IMG/VR virus record: IMGVR_UViG_3300045998_000148
Location: 35,878-99,877 of that record
Reading direction: 5' to 3' (one strand)
Origin: a virus
DNA: 64,000 nt
Shown: in pieces, positions 10,402 through 20,673 of the stretch
Numbering within the stretch: the stretch's first letter is position 1
How the letters are laid out: each line of letters opens with the position of its first letter
Notes under the pieces: model-generated
Told to the model about the DNA's origin: nothing
Seen by the model: the letters and a program-made list of their open reading frames with translations, nothing else
Databases searched by the model: none
Translations under genes and position numbers: made by a program

Positions 10402-11307
10402 TCAATTCGCAGTAAGGCGCTGGTAGACGATCGCCAGCCCTGCCGCCCTCGGAATGGCTGCCGCCTCCAGCGAGCGGGAGTACAGTTTTTCACTCGCGGC
10501 AGCGGCGGGTCGCATCAATGGCAGGTAGAACAAGCCGACGTTGCGGTTGGCATTGGCCTCGTCGCCAATCGCGTCCGGCAGCCAGATAAAGCGACAGGGT
10601 GCTGGAAAATTTTGGCTCTCGTACCAGAGGGGGCGACCGTACATTTCGGCAAAGAGCGGCCTGTCCTCCAACTCCATCTCGATCGCAGTCAATGAAGGAG
10701 TCAGCGATACCTGCAAGTCGATGGCGATCGTCATTTCGTCTTCGGCGGCGATCGCGTACTGGGGAGGAGCCAAATGAAGCAATACCTCGCGACCGTCTTG
10801 CTCGAAACTTCCAGGCTGCGTTCCCGGCAAAAAACGACGCGCCCCGAGCGAGCGATCGCCGATGTCGATATAAGCCACCGATGCGCCGTCAAAGCGCTCG
10901 TCCAGGCGGTACTCGTAGCCAGTGCCGATAGAGACGCCCGAAACGACGGCAAAAAGCAGGCGCAGCGAGACTGCCTGCGACTGCCTCAGCGGGGAGAGAA
11001 AGTGAACGCAATTGCCCTCGACCCAACAAAAAATATCCTCCACCGCCATCGCGCCGAGCAACTCGACGGCATCGGGAAGGTCGTAGCGAGAGTAATAATA
11101 ATTGGCTGCGCCCACGGCAAAGCTGTCCGCAGGCGATACCCCGACAGGCAAGCCGCCAGCGTAATCGAAGGCAAAAGCAGCAGCGCCCTGCGGGGAAGGA
11201 GGCGCAAGGCGAAAAGCACCCGACCGCCCGCGCAATACCGCCTCGCCGTCCGCGATCGCTTCGGGCAAAAAAGCATCGCCTTCTGGGGATCTGCCGAGAC
11301 GAAACAT
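10402..11307 (-). CDS. Hypothetical protein, possibly virion
   Basis: Tightly packed between co-oriented ORFs. Confidence 0.5.
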   Translation of the reverse strand: MFRLGRSPEGDAFLPEAIADGEAVLRGRSGAFRLAPPSPQGAAAFAFDYAGGLPVGVSPADSFAVGAANYYYSRYDLPDAVELLGAMAVEDIFCWVEGNCVHFLSPLRQSQAVSLRLLFAVVSGVSIGTGYEYRLDERFDGASVAYIDIGDRSLGARRFLPGTQPGSFEQDGREVLLHLAPPQYAIAAEDEMTIAIDLQVSLTPSLTAIEMELEDRPLFAEMYGRPLWYESQNFPAPCRFIWLPDAIGDEANANRNVGLFYLPLMRPAAAASEKLYSRSLEAAAIPRAAGLAIVYQRLTAN

Positions 11308-11313
11308 CGGACT

Positions 11314-11724
11314 TTAGGTGTAAGCGCCCGAGCTGTATTCGAGAGAAACCTGCTGGTCGTAAACGGCAATGCCGTTGACCAAAGTAGGCACGGAAGGAGT
11401 AAACCTCGTCGGCTTCATCTCAAATAATTGAATAGCGCCCAAGACGATATCGAACGCGACGTAAGACTGCTGGATGAGCTGCACCTTACTGGTATCGAAT
11501 CGATTTTGAATGGTCGCCATGATCGCATCGTTAAGGCCGACCGCATTTAGGGTAAGCGTCCGCCGCACGAGCTGGACGACCGTTCCGACCGAATCCTGAA
11601 TCGGAATGTCCTTCGTCTCGCCATCTCCGATCTGCGCCTGGTCGGTAGGGACGTAAAAACTAATCCCCCCCGGCGTATCGTTAAATAAGAAATTTGTAGC
11701 TTGAATTGTCATGAGTGGAACCAA
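11314..11724 (-). CDS. Hypothetical protein, possibly tail component
   Basis: First gene of the leftward block; beta-rich composition. Confidence 0.5.
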   Translation of the reverse strand: MVPLMTIQATNFLFNDTPGGISFYVPTDQAQIGDGETKDIPIQDSVGTVVQLVRRTLTLNAVGLNDAIMATIQNRFDTSKVQLIQQSYVAFDIVLGAIQLFEMKPTRFTPSVPTLVNGIAVYDQQVSLEYSSGAYT

Positions 11725-11832
11725 GCCGCCGTATTGTTACCAACCATAGTAGCGCGATCGGAGGCGATCGCAATGCCCCTGACAACGCAATGCACCTGAC
11801 CGAAAAAAACGATCGCGAGGGATATAACGACC

Positions 11833-12147
11833 ATGCGGGACTTGAGCCAATTTTTGCGGGAGGACTGTTCCGATCGCTTTTCCATGACTCGGCTGATCTG
11901 CTTCTTTTTCGCCCTAAATGCGATCTACCTGAGCTGGACTCTGACGGGCAACGAACGACTCGCCGCGATCGGCGCGTTCATCGGCGGAGCGGCCTACACC
12001 AAAATCGCCCAGAAAAAAATCGAACGCAACATCTTGAAAGATCACAACTTGCAATACCCCGAAAACCCCCAAGACCCCCAAGACCCCCAAGACCCCCAAG
12101 AAAACGAAGCCGAACGCCCGACCCCCGACCAGTCCGAATTGAATTAG
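11833..12147 (+). CDS. Holin candidate (two TM segments) with PQD-repeat tail
   Basis: FSMTRL followed by two hydrophobic helices and a basic stretch; 9-bp CCCCAAGAC repeats near the 3' end. Confidence 0.5.
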   Translation: MRDLSQFLREDCSDRFSMTRLICFFFALNAIYLSWTLTGNERLAAIGAFIGGAAYTKIAQKKIERNILKDHNLQYPENPQDPQDPQDPQENEAERPTPDQSELN

Positions 12148-12259
12148 CCAAAAAAGACGCGATCGCAGACTAATTTAACAATTTTTAGCGAAAAAGACTT
12201 GTTCTTACCGCCTTTTTGAGCTATACTTTCATCAATACCGTTTTTTCGCCGCTATTATC

Positions 12260-13372
12260 ATGCCTACTGCTGCCAAGACAGCAGCGCGATCCCGCATGGC
12301 CGCACGACCTGACAGCAGTGCGACCCAAGGAAACGCGCATCAAAAGACTTTGCGCCATCGGTTCTACCGCGACGACCTGCTCTACCGCGCCGACGTAAAG
12401 AAGAAAGAGACAGTCCCCACCCTCGTCCTGTTTGCAGGGGGCGGGCTGGCCGATATCGGCTTACAGGCAGCGGGATTCGAGCCGATCGCCGCCGTCGAGA
12501 AAGACCCCGCGATCGCCGCTTGCTATCGCCTCAACCACGGCGAACGGGTAATCGAAGCAGACTGCAATGCAATCGACTACAAGCAATTCGGCAGGGGTTG
12601 GGCGAAAGCGATTTGGTGCAGTCCGCCCTGTCAGCAGTGGTCGCAAGCTCGCGATAAGGCGCTGCCCTGCCGCGAGGATGGCGACGTCAGCGATGCCATA
12701 ATCCGCGCAATCGCCGAGATCGAGCCGCAGTATTTCTTTTTGGAAAACGTGCGGGGATACCTCAAGTCTCCGGCCTACGCCGCAATAATAAGCTGGCTGT
12801 TTGCCTCCGGCTATGGCGTCGATGCCCGCGTCTACAACGCCGCCAACTACGGCGTACCGCAAAACCGACTGCGCCTGGTCGTGCGAGCCGTTCGCGATCG
12901 GGTCGTCCTTCCCTACCCCCCTACTCGCAACCCGCAGAAGGTCGGCTGGTTTGAGGCGATCGCCCCTCAATTGAGTGAATGCCCGCAAGTCGAACTCGCC
13001 AACTGGCAGAAGCACAAGTTATTCCAGCAGTACCCCGCCTTTTTCCTTTCCGAAAAGACGGAGAAGGGGCGTGCGCTCGTCCCCCGCGTCGGCTTTCGAG
13101 GAGATAAGCTGCCCCTATACACCGAACAAAAGACCGCTCCCACCCTGCGAGCGCTGGGTCACGACCGACATTGGCGGCAACTCGACGCGATTGCCTGGGA
13201 CGAACACCACCGCCTGTCCTCGGTACAAGCCGTCTCGCCTCGCTGTTTTGCAATCCTGCAATCCGTCCCCAAATGGTACGCCCTGCCGGAAGACAACTGC
13301 GACGCCACCCGCATTATCGGCAACGGCGTACCTCCCCTCCTCGCCTACGCGATCGCCACCTCCTTATTGTGA
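12260..13372 (+). CDS. C5 cytosine DNA methyltransferase
   Basis: LFAGGG (motif I), SPPCQ (IV), ENV (VI), YGVPQNRLR (VIII), IGNGVPP (X). Confidence 0.92.
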   Translation: MPTAAKTAARSRMAARPDSSATQGNAHQKTLRHRFYRDDLLYRADVKKKETVPTLVLFAGGGLADIGLQAAGFEPIAAVEKDPAIAACYRLNHGERVIEADCNAIDYKQFGRGWAKAIWCSPPCQQWSQARDKALPCREDGDVSDAIIRAIAEIEPQYFFLENVRGYLKSPAYAAIISWLFASGYGVDARVYNAANYGVPQNRLRLVVRAVRDRVVLPYPPTRNPQKVGWFEAIAPQLSECPQVELANWQKHKLFQQYPAFFLSEKTEKGRALVPRVGFRGDKLPLYTEQKTAPTLRALGHDRHWRQLDAIAWDEHHRLSSVQAVSPRCFAILQSVPKWYALPEDNCDATRIIGNGVPPLLAYAIATSLL

Positions 13373-13423
13373 GGTATTATTTTTTGCAAAGCCCGTCCTA
13401 ATATTTACAACAAGCAGGAAAAG

Positions 13424-13906
13424 ATGAAAGAGAAAACGATGCCCGCACCCATAGAGGAGATTGCCGTCGAAAAAGAGCTATCCTCTGCGATGGGCAATTT
13501 GACGGCAGCGGATGGCGTCAAAGCGCCCGTACCCGCTGCCAATACCCTTCGCCTACGGGAATGGCTTACTAGAGACGATCGCTCCTCGCGGCGAGAGAAT
13601 AGGCCGACCTTTGCCGACTGCTTCAGCAAGCCGTACTTCGCCCAATGGCAGACTAAGCGCGAAAAGTTCGGACTGACCTTTTACGAAGCGCTTTTATTTT
13701 TCGGTTGGGCTTGCGACAAGCTCGACCTACTGGCACTGGCGGAATTGATCGAACTAAACATTCGCATTTCTACCGCCGCACAATACGACAAATTCTTAGA
13801 AGCCCGCCACGAAAGTCGGCTTCCCCGCGATGGATTCGGCATCGACGAATTCGGCATCGATATCCTTGCGGACTACGAACAATCCCCCACTTGTAAAGTT
13901 TTATGA
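13424..13906 (+). CDS. Hypothetical protein
   Basis: AGGA RBS; coupled to the next ORF. Confidence 0.55.
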   Translation: MKEKTMPAPIEEIAVEKELSSAMGNLTAADGVKAPVPAANTLRLREWLTRDDRSSRRENRPTFADCFSKPYFAQWQTKREKFGLTFYEALLFFGWACDKLDLLALAELIELNIRISTAAQYDKFLEARHESRLPRDGFGIDEFGIDILADYEQSPTCKVL

Positions 13907-14151
13907 GCGCAGTAGTCTATCGCATTCAAATCCCGAAGCCCGATCCCCTCTTCCCCAAGCCGTTTAACTACTATGTCGTCAATATCGACGAAGTAAGTCG
14001 GCTGATGTCGGGCGTGCGCGGCGCTTCCTCGCTCCATACCGCCCTCGAATATCTCAAGCCCGGACAGGGCATCGTCGAAAGGCGCGGCAACCAATGGCAT
14101 TTCGTCCGGCAGTATATGTCTAACTACCCGACAGCCTGCTATCGCGCCTGA
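13903..14151 (+). CDS. Hypothetical protein
   Basis: ATGA overlap with the previous stop. Confidence 0.55.
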   Translation: MSAVVYRIQIPKPDPLFPKPFNYYVVNIDEVSRLMSGVRGASSLHTALEYLKPGQGIVERRGNQWHFVRQYMSNYPTACYRA

Positions 14152-14161
14152 CCGAATTAAT

Positions 14162-14509
14162 ATGAACGCGACCCCCAATCCCAACCTCAATAACCTTCTC
14201 GGAGAAAACGCCGAGCGCGTAATAGGCCGCGACTGGCTCGTCGTCGATGCGTCCGGCAGGGCTTACGTCGGCACTGCGATCGCCGCCGCCGCCGATCCGC
14301 CGCGCATTACCCTTCAAAATTCTCTAGAAGTCATACAGCCCGCCGACCGCGTATTCGCCTGGATGCGCGTTGCCCGCCACGGATTTCCCGTCGATGGCAA
14401 TTCCAGCGTTGCTACGATAGTCGGGCGAGGCAATATCGAGATCGCCAATCCGACCGATATGATGGAAGCCTCCGAACGCGCCATGCAGCACTTTCAAGAA
14501 TTTGCCTGA
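14162..14509 (+). CDS. Hypothetical protein
   Basis: Co-oriented, closely spaced ORF. Confidence 0.55.
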   Translation: MNATPNPNLNNLLGENAERVIGRDWLVVDASGRAYVGTAIAAAADPPRITLQNSLEVIQPADRVFAWMRVARHGFPVDGNSSVATIVGRGNIEIANPTDMMEASERAMQHFQEFA

Positions 14510-14970
14510 TCTCTTGGTGCGCTTTCCCCTGGCGAGGACGCCTCGCCGGGTTCGCACCGCTCTCTTGGTGCGCTTTCCCCTGGCGAGGACGCCTCGCCGG
14601 GTTCGCACCGCTCTCTTGGTGCGCTTTCCCTTGGCACGATACCTTGCTCCTGCAAGAAAGCAGCAATTTTAGCGGAAGCATCCGCGTGGCCGCAGGCAAC
14701 CAGGCAGATATAGCCGCTTTGTTCGAGCAGCCGGATAAATTGCTGCTCTTGCGTCGAAAGTTCGCTCTTGCGGTAGCGCGACTGGACGGTAAGGAACAGC
14801 CGCCACTCGGGAACGAACAGGTCGGGCAGGGAAGAGAGCGAACCGAGCGCCTTGAGCCGCCTTATACTCTCGCCGCTAAAGGCGTGCGGTCGAGGCAGGG
14901 CGCAGATCAGCTCCGCAAAATTTTGGCGGAACCACTCGACCGTCAATTTCTGCTCGTGATACCTGCTCAA
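14494..14970 (-). CDS. VRR-NUC-like nuclease-fold protein (active site looks degenerate) with C-terminal repeat extension
   Basis: LKALG...PDLFVPEWRLF...LS..EQ.FI..L...GY.C.V..G pattern; TVQ where ExK is expected. Confidence 0.6.
   Translation of the reverse strand: MSRYHEQKLTVEWFRQNFAELICALPRPHAFSGESIRRLKALGSLSSLPDLFVPEWRLFLTVQSRYRKSELSTQEQQFIRLLEQSGYICLVACGHADASAKIAAFLQEQGIVPRESAPRERCEPGEASSPGESAPRERCEPGEASSPGESAPRDQANS
14511..14635. repeat. 51-bp palindromic dispersed repeat, about 2.5 copies
   Basis: Unit CTCTTGGTGCGCTTTCCCCTGGCGAGGACGCCTCGCCGGGTTCGCACCGCT, a permuted close variant of the 7595 unit. Confidence 0.85.
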
Positions 14971-14993
14971 TCCGCTGATAGTGACAGACTCCC

Positions 14994-16205
14994 CTAATAA
15001 TTCCAGCGAATGCGTCCCTTTCGCCTATCTAGGTGTACGAATCCCTTGACCGCGCCGTAACCGAGGGCTTTATCGTTCCAGGCATAGAGGTCGAGCCAGC
15101 GCTGAAAGTTGAAAAGATCGTTTATATCGGCAGGGTAGACGTCTACTGCATTGCCCGTCAAGTGCTGGCTATCGCCAACACCGCCCACCTCCCGATTGAT
15201 TTCGGTAGGCCGATACCAGGAACTCGTCAGGATGGGCAGTCCCCGCAGCTCGCGCACCCGATCGAGTGCTTTCGCCGTCTCAATGATATTGACTTCATGA
15301 TTGGGATTTTTGGGAATGCGCCGCTTGTCCCCTAGCGTCACCTCTCGGACGGTAAAGAACTTGGAGATCTTGACAAAATTATTGCCCCAATCGATCTTGC
15401 CCGCGACGGCTTCGACAAAAGCCTCCTCTACGCCAAAGGCTTTCCTTGCCCGCTTCCAGTATTCAAAGCGAACGGAACTGCGGCTGAGCTGGGGACTGAG
15501 GGCGGCGACGATCGCCGCAAAATTATCCGTATCGCTATGGCGGTTCAGGTTGCGCGTCGTCCACAGCCAGCCCGCCGCGCCCAGCCCGATATCGATGCGC
15601 TCGGCGACCCAATCGGGATTTTTTTCGAGGTCATAGCCCAGGTCGAGGCCGCACTGTCGGTAATTGGCGCGTCCGACGAGGGGCAAAAACCCCCTCGGTC
15701 GATAGCGCTGAGCATCGCTTTCGTAATAATTGCCCAGGTAAATGTCCTGTTCGCCCGTGCTGCCTTTTTCCTCAAAAGGATGAGTGCGCCGCGAAAAATC
15801 GCTCGTCTCACAGGCGACCATCGCGAGAAAGGCGGCTGCCCGCTTGCCCGTCAGCAGGTTAAAGCGATTCAGGCATTTATTGAGCGGATCGATGAGGTTG
15901 ACAATATCGGAGAGGGCGGCATCCGGCGCGATCGCCTTCAGCGAGACGGTAGAGAGAAAGGTCTGTTCCTCCTTATTCTCTGCTATGTCCTCCCAAGGAA
16001 ATTGCCAATGTCCGCCCCAGGCATACCACAAGCCCGCCCCACCAGCTAGCTCTACCTGGACGTGGTTGCTGCGCGTCGTGACGTGGGAAGTGACGCCGTA
16101 GGACTGTCCTTTTTTGACGGCTACCTTTTCGTTTTCGGCCAGCTCGACTGATTGGACGACCTTCTTTTTGAGAAAGGTATCGGCGGTCGCGATTATTTTT
16201 TGCAC
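14994..16205 (-). CDS. Modular endolysin: N-terminal binding domain, divergent GH19 domain and peptidase M15 domain
   Basis: AAFLAMVACET and YRPRGFLPLVGRANY (GH19-like); SWYRP..NREVGG..SQHL.GNAVD and GFVHLD (M15). Confidence 0.85.
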   Translation of the reverse strand: MQKIIATADTFLKKKVVQSVELAENEKVAVKKGQSYGVTSHVTTRSNHVQVELAGGAGLWYAWGGHWQFPWEDIAENKEEQTFLSTVSLKAIAPDAALSDIVNLIDPLNKCLNRFNLLTGKRAAAFLAMVACETSDFSRRTHPFEEKGSTGEQDIYLGNYYESDAQRYRPRGFLPLVGRANYRQCGLDLGYDLEKNPDWVAERIDIGLGAAGWLWTTRNLNRHSDTDNFAAIVAALSPQLSRSSVRFEYWKRARKAFGVEEAFVEAVAGKIDWGNNFVKISKFFTVREVTLGDKRRIPKNPNHEVNIIETAKALDRVRELRGLPILTSSWYRPTEINREVGGVGDSQHLTGNAVDVYPADINDLFNFQRWLDLYAWNDKALGYGAVKGFVHLDRRKGRIRWNY

Positions 16206-16216
16206 AATTTTTGCTC

Positions 16217-18043
16217 CTACAGGATATTCAGTAATTGATCCAAGGCGGTTTGGCTCACATTTGTTTTCTTCCAGGCAGAAGAACTGGGGTTGACCGCAAA
16301 ATTCATGATCACCGTATCGGACTTGTCCGGCGATCGCCCGATAATGCGCTTCACTTCATCTTTCTCGTTAGCCTTAATCTCGATCTGCATCCCTATTTTT
16401 TGCGTGACGTGCCAGCGATGGGCGCACAACTCTTCGTGCAATTCGCGATCGGGCGGCAGCGAGATGGCAAAATCGTTGGTCGGGTCGAGCAATTCGCGCA
16501 TATTCCAGAGCATCTCGGTACGCTTGTCCTTAAAGACAATATTACCCGTGCGGTCGGTACAGGGGACGACTTTACCGGCTTCGTCTAATTTATAGGAAGA
16601 TCCGCCGAACACGATGCAGACAGGCTTCATCTTGTAGCGCTTGCAGGAATCGAAGGCCGTCGTGCCGACGCCCATCCCGTCGATCCGTACCTCGACTTGT
16701 TTGGACTCCCGCATCCGCATAATCTCGCGGGCAATCCGATCGCCCTCAATTTGCGAGTCGTCCTCGCGGTGCGTCTCGCTCTTGGGCAATACCTTGAGGC
16801 GCGAATGCCAGATATCATGGCGGGAACCGAGAACGGTACGGTCGCGACCGCCCCAGGAAATATCGGCGGCAATGTGCGTTTGAGCGGTAGGCGGTTCCGG
16901 CGTCCAGCGGCGCATCGCCGCCTTGACCCAGGCAGAAGGAATAATCTGAAAGCGGTCGTCCCTCTCGATATCGATGTCGAAACGCCCTTCCAATAACTGC
17001 GATCGCAGGGGTTCGGGAAAGGACATCAAGACAGAGCGATAATTGCTGTCGCGCAAATATTTATTGTCGCTGAGGCGACCGGGAATGAAAGTCCGGCTCG
17101 ACGGCTGTAGCGAGATGACTTGCTTGCCCGACTCTATCTCGACGTCCTCCGCCTGGGGATAGTAAATCTTGCCCCTATAGCCAATCGGAGCGTACTCCCT
17201 AACCGGAATGCGCCTGCCCCCTTCGAGAATAATGAATAGCTTGACCTGTTCCGGCTCCAGCTCGACATCGACCGGATTGCCATACTCGTCTGTATTGACC
17301 ACAAACCACCGCACCTCCCCCGGCAGCGCTGCCTTGCGCCCCGTCCGTTCTTCATAGCGCGGGTCGATCCAGGGCGCGAAGTAATCGACGACCCATCGGC
17401 CTTCCAGCGTACTCGGCGGATTGAACGTCGCTACGGTACGGCAGAGCTGGTGGATGTCCGACGAGCGGTTCCAACCTCGAATGAACTCGAACTGCGATCG
17501 CGAAAATTCGGTCAGCTCGTCGAACGCCTTCAAGTCGTGGTCGTGGCCGCGATAGCTCTCTTTGTCCTTCTCGTGTTCGCAGTGTCCGAACTGAATCGTC
17601 CGATCGCCGGGGATGTGATGGTAAACCTTGTCGTTGGAATTGTAAGACGCGCCCGGAGCCATTCGGTATTGGGCGATCGCGTTTTTAATAATCGCATTCA
17701 AGCGCTTAAAAGTACGCCTTAAAATTAAAGTCTGCCTGTGTTGGTTTGCCAGTACCAGAATGGCCGCCGACTTGCCCGCACCGCCCGCACCGCCCAACCC
17801 AATCGTATTGGCGATCGACCGGACTGCCGCCTGCTGCATGGGATTGTTCGCATCCGCCCGCCACGGCTGCCAGTTATTCTCCGCTTCGAGACGCGCAATC
17901 TCCGATTGCTCGTGGGAATGCAGGTAAGCCTCGACTTGGGGAGATTGCGACATCGCCACCTCGTATCCCAAATCCTCGACAAAACGATTGGCGCGTAATT
18001 TAACCTTTTTCGCGCTTTCCGCCGCCGTCAAATTTTTTGCCAC
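16217..18043 (-). CDS. terL: Terminase large subunit
   Basis: GGAGGAGKS Walker A, AFDELTEF Walker B, TFNP, IAADISWGGRD nuclease motif, C-terminal RSPDKSD. Confidence 0.92.
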   Translation of the reverse strand: MAKNLTAAESAKKVKLRANRFVEDLGYEVAMSQSPQVEAYLHSHEQSEIARLEAENNWQPWRADANNPMQQAAVRSIANTIGLGGAGGAGKSAAILVLANQHRQTLILRRTFKRLNAIIKNAIAQYRMAPGASYNSNDKVYHHIPGDRTIQFGHCEHEKDKESYRGHDHDLKAFDELTEFSRSQFEFIRGWNRSSDIHQLCRTVATFNPPSTLEGRWVVDYFAPWIDPRYEERTGRKAALPGEVRWFVVNTDEYGNPVDVELEPEQVKLFIILEGGRRIPVREYAPIGYRGKIYYPQAEDVEIESGKQVISLQPSSRTFIPGRLSDNKYLRDSNYRSVLMSFPEPLRSQLLEGRFDIDIERDDRFQIIPSAWVKAAMRRWTPEPPTAQTHIAADISWGGRDRTVLGSRHDIWHSRLKVLPKSETHREDDSQIEGDRIAREIMRMRESKQVEVRIDGMGVGTTAFDSCKRYKMKPVCIVFGGSSYKLDEAGKVVPCTDRTGNIVFKDKRTEMLWNMRELLDPTNDFAISLPPDRELHEELCAHRWHVTQKIGMQIEIKANEKDEVKRIIGRSPDKSDTVIMNFAVNPSSSAWKKTNVSQTALDQLLNIL

Positions 18044-18162
18044 CGCCCCCTTCTACTATCCCGGCAGTCGATCCGTCCGTGCCATTTTCCGATATTCTAC
18101 CGCGAGGTCGTCTTGCTGCGCGTTCCCTTGGCGATCGTCTCGCAAAATTATAAAATGGCAAA

Positions 18163-18966
18163 ATGCCAACCAGCAAGACAAGCATCGAGATGAACGGCGA
18201 ATCAGTAGCAACCAATTGTTCTCTGGTCTTCAACTACGGGGGCGGTCGGCAAACCGTGGCAATGTGCATCATGATAGCGAAGGGTGTCTTGCCAAAACCC
18301 AATGTTGTCGTAATGGCTGACACTAGCAGAGAAAACCCGATGACATGGGATTACCTTGAAAAGTACACGCAGCCGATGATGACTGAGCTTGGTTGTCCAG
18401 TGGAAATTGCTAGGCATGAGCTTGCAAAAGTGGATCTTTATGCGAACAACGGCAACTTGTTGCTCCCAGTCTATACAAAGGATGGCAAGCTTCCGACGTT
18501 TTGCTCCACTGAGTGGAAGAAGCGTGTTGTGCGAAGGCATCTGCGTGCAAGCGGACACAGTGGCGGAACGCAATGGTTGGGACTGGCGATGGATGAAAAG
18601 CGAAGATGGAAGAAACACCACGGGAAAGTTGAAGGCAAGTGGCTTACCGTTTGTCCGCTTGTTGATTTAATGATTAACACAGATGCCTGCCTGAGCGTCA
18701 TTAAGTCGTTCGGTTGGCCGGAACCGCACCAGTCAGCTTGTTGGATGTGCCCCCATAAGAAGAATGCAGAGTGGCGTGAAATCAGAGACAACCATCCTGC
18801 TGAGTGGAAGCGGGCTGTGGAGCTTGATAAAAAGATTCGAGCTTCCGATGACCACGGCGGCGTGTTTTTGCATCGCGATCGTGTGCCACTGGATCAAGCC
18901 AACTTGGACGCGGAAGAGACTCCCGAGCTAGTGCGGCAGTGCAGTCTCGGTATGTGTTTCGTGTGA
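18163..18966 (+). CDS. PAPS-reductase-family (adenine nucleotide alpha hydrolase) protein
   Basis: YGGGRQT PP-loop variant, MADT..E, CSTEWK, SACWMCP motifs. Confidence 0.75.
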   Translation: MPTSKTSIEMNGESVATNCSLVFNYGGGRQTVAMCIMIAKGVLPKPNVVVMADTSRENPMTWDYLEKYTQPMMTELGCPVEIARHELAKVDLYANNGNLLLPVYTKDGKLPTFCSTEWKKRVVRRHLRASGHSGGTQWLGLAMDEKRRWKKHHGKVEGKWLTVCPLVDLMINTDACLSVIKSFGWPEPHQSACWMCPHKKNAEWREIRDNHPAEWKRAVELDKKIRASDDHGGVFLHRDRVPLDQANLDAEETPELVRQCSLGMCFV

Positions 18967-19015
18967 CCTAACCTAGATTCAAAGAACCAGTCATTGGAAA
19001 ACTGCTAATAGCGAA

Positions 19016-19714
19016 ATGCCGACCAGCAAGACAAGCATCGAGTGGACAGACAAGACTTGGAATCCGACGACGGGCTGCAACAAAGTTAGTCCGGGCTGCC
19101 AGTATTGCTACGCCGAAGCACTGGCCGAAAGATTTCCCAAAAGTTTCACGCAGGGGTTCAAGTTGACCCTGCACCCCGAGCGGATAGAGCAGCCAAAAAA
19201 ATGGCGCAAACCCAGCCGCATTTTCGTGAATTCTATGAGCGATTTGTTTCACGAAGATCTGCCTTTTTCCTACTTGCAGGAGATTTTCGCGGTAATGCAA
19301 GATACGCCGCAGCATACCTATCAAATCCTGACCAAGCGCGATCGGAACTTGGCAAAATTAGCGCCCCTGCTTGAATGGCCTGAAAATATTTGGGCGGGCG
19401 TATCGGTAGAAAGCCAGTCTTATGTCTACCGGATCGATGCCTTGAGAGAAGTTCCCGCAAGAGTACGATTCCTTTCCTGCGAGCCTTTGTTGAGTCCGCT
19501 CGCCCTAAATTTGAAAAAAATTGACTGGGTGATCGTTGGCGGCGAATCTGGATACCGACATCGCCCCATAGAGCCGGAATGGGTGAGGGACATCTTGCGC
19601 CAAACGAGAGAAGCAAAGGCGGCCTTCTTTTTCAAACAGTGGGGCGGACGCCACTCGAAGGCGGGAGGCCGGACATTGGACGATCGCGTGTGGGACGAGA
19701 TGCCATCAGTGTAA
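19016..19714 (+). CDS. DUF5131 / phage Gp37-Gp68 family protein
   Basis: TSIEWTDKTWNPTTGCNKVSPGCQYCYAE, FVNSMSDLFHE, RFLSCEPLL, WVIVGGESG, FFFKQWGG. Confidence 0.92.
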   Translation: MPTSKTSIEWTDKTWNPTTGCNKVSPGCQYCYAEALAERFPKSFTQGFKLTLHPERIEQPKKWRKPSRIFVNSMSDLFHEDLPFSYLQEIFAVMQDTPQHTYQILTKRDRNLAKLAPLLEWPENIWAGVSVESQSYVYRIDALREVPARVRFLSCEPLLSPLALNLKKIDWVIVGGESGYRHRPIEPEWVRDILRQTREAKAAFFFKQWGGRHSKAGGRTLDDRVWDEMPSV

Positions 19715-20673
19715 TGAGCGGGGCTGAAAGGGCTAAGCGATGCCGGGGAAAAAACGGAATGCAAAGAATTAAGCCGTTATTCAGCTATTATGGGGGCAAG
19801 CGGCGTCTAGCAACGCGCATTGCAGCGGAATGCTGGAAAATCCCCCATTCAGTCTACACGGAGCCATTCGCGGGCGGTTGTGCCGTGTTGTTTGCCAAGG
19901 GATTGCCTGCCATCTCTAACAGCGATCATTACCGAGAAGCAATCAACGATCGCGACAGTCGGATCGCTAACATTTACTGGGTTGCGAGACATCACCCAGA
20001 CGAACTAGAAAGGCGATTGCAACTGACGCCTTACAGTCAGGAATGCTATCGGGAGGCAGTGCAACTATGCAAAGAAGGCAGCGACGACCGCATTGAGATG
20101 GCATGGGCTGCGATCGTCAATTTAGAGATGTCGTTTGCAAACAAGATGAATGGAGGATGGGGAACCAATGTTTGTAGCGAGAATCGTGCTGCAACATGGG
20201 CAGCAAAGCGAACAAGCCTGACATTTGCTATGAAAAGGCTTGATCGAGTCTATCTTGGCAATGAAGACGCACTGCGTTTTATTGAGAGATGGGATTCGCC
20301 CCAAAGCTTGCACTATACAGATCCTCCATACCCTAACACCGAACAAGGACATTACAGTGGCTATACTCTGGACGACTGGCAAGCCTTGTGCAACTTGCTA
20401 GACGACATTAATGGCAGCTACATTCTTAGTAACTATTTCCAACCTATTGAGCCAAAATCGGCACAGCAACGGATTGAGATTAGCGTAAATTGTTCTAGCA
20501 GCGGAGCTGGCATGGTTGGCAAGAACAGGGACAAATCGCGAGCTGCCACTGCTGAGGAATTAGGCGATCGCTCTCGGACTGAGGTTTTGTGGATTTGCGA
20601 TCGCTCCCACAAAATCAGGAAAGAACTTTACGCCGTCACTCAGAACAAGCACAAGCAACTCAAATTGCTTTAG
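19714..20673 (+). CDS. Dam-family N6-adenine DNA methyltransferase
   Basis: YYGGK, YTEPFAGG, IND, DPPY motifs; start either 19714 (TAATG coupling) or 19759. Confidence 0.88.
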   Translation: MSGAERAKRCRGKNGMQRIKPLFSYYGGKRRLATRIAAECWKIPHSVYTEPFAGGCAVLFAKGLPAISNSDHYREAINDRDSRIANIYWVARHHPDELERRLQLTPYSQECYREAVQLCKEGSDDRIEMAWAAIVNLEMSFANKMNGGWGTNVCSENRAATWAAKRTSLTFAMKRLDRVYLGNEDALRFIERWDSPQSLHYTDPPYPNTEQGHYSGYTLDDWQALCNLLDDINGSYILSNYFQPIEPKSAQQRIEISVNCSSSGAGMVGKNRDKSRAATAEELGDRSRTEVLWICDRSHKIRKELYAVTQNKHKQLKLL

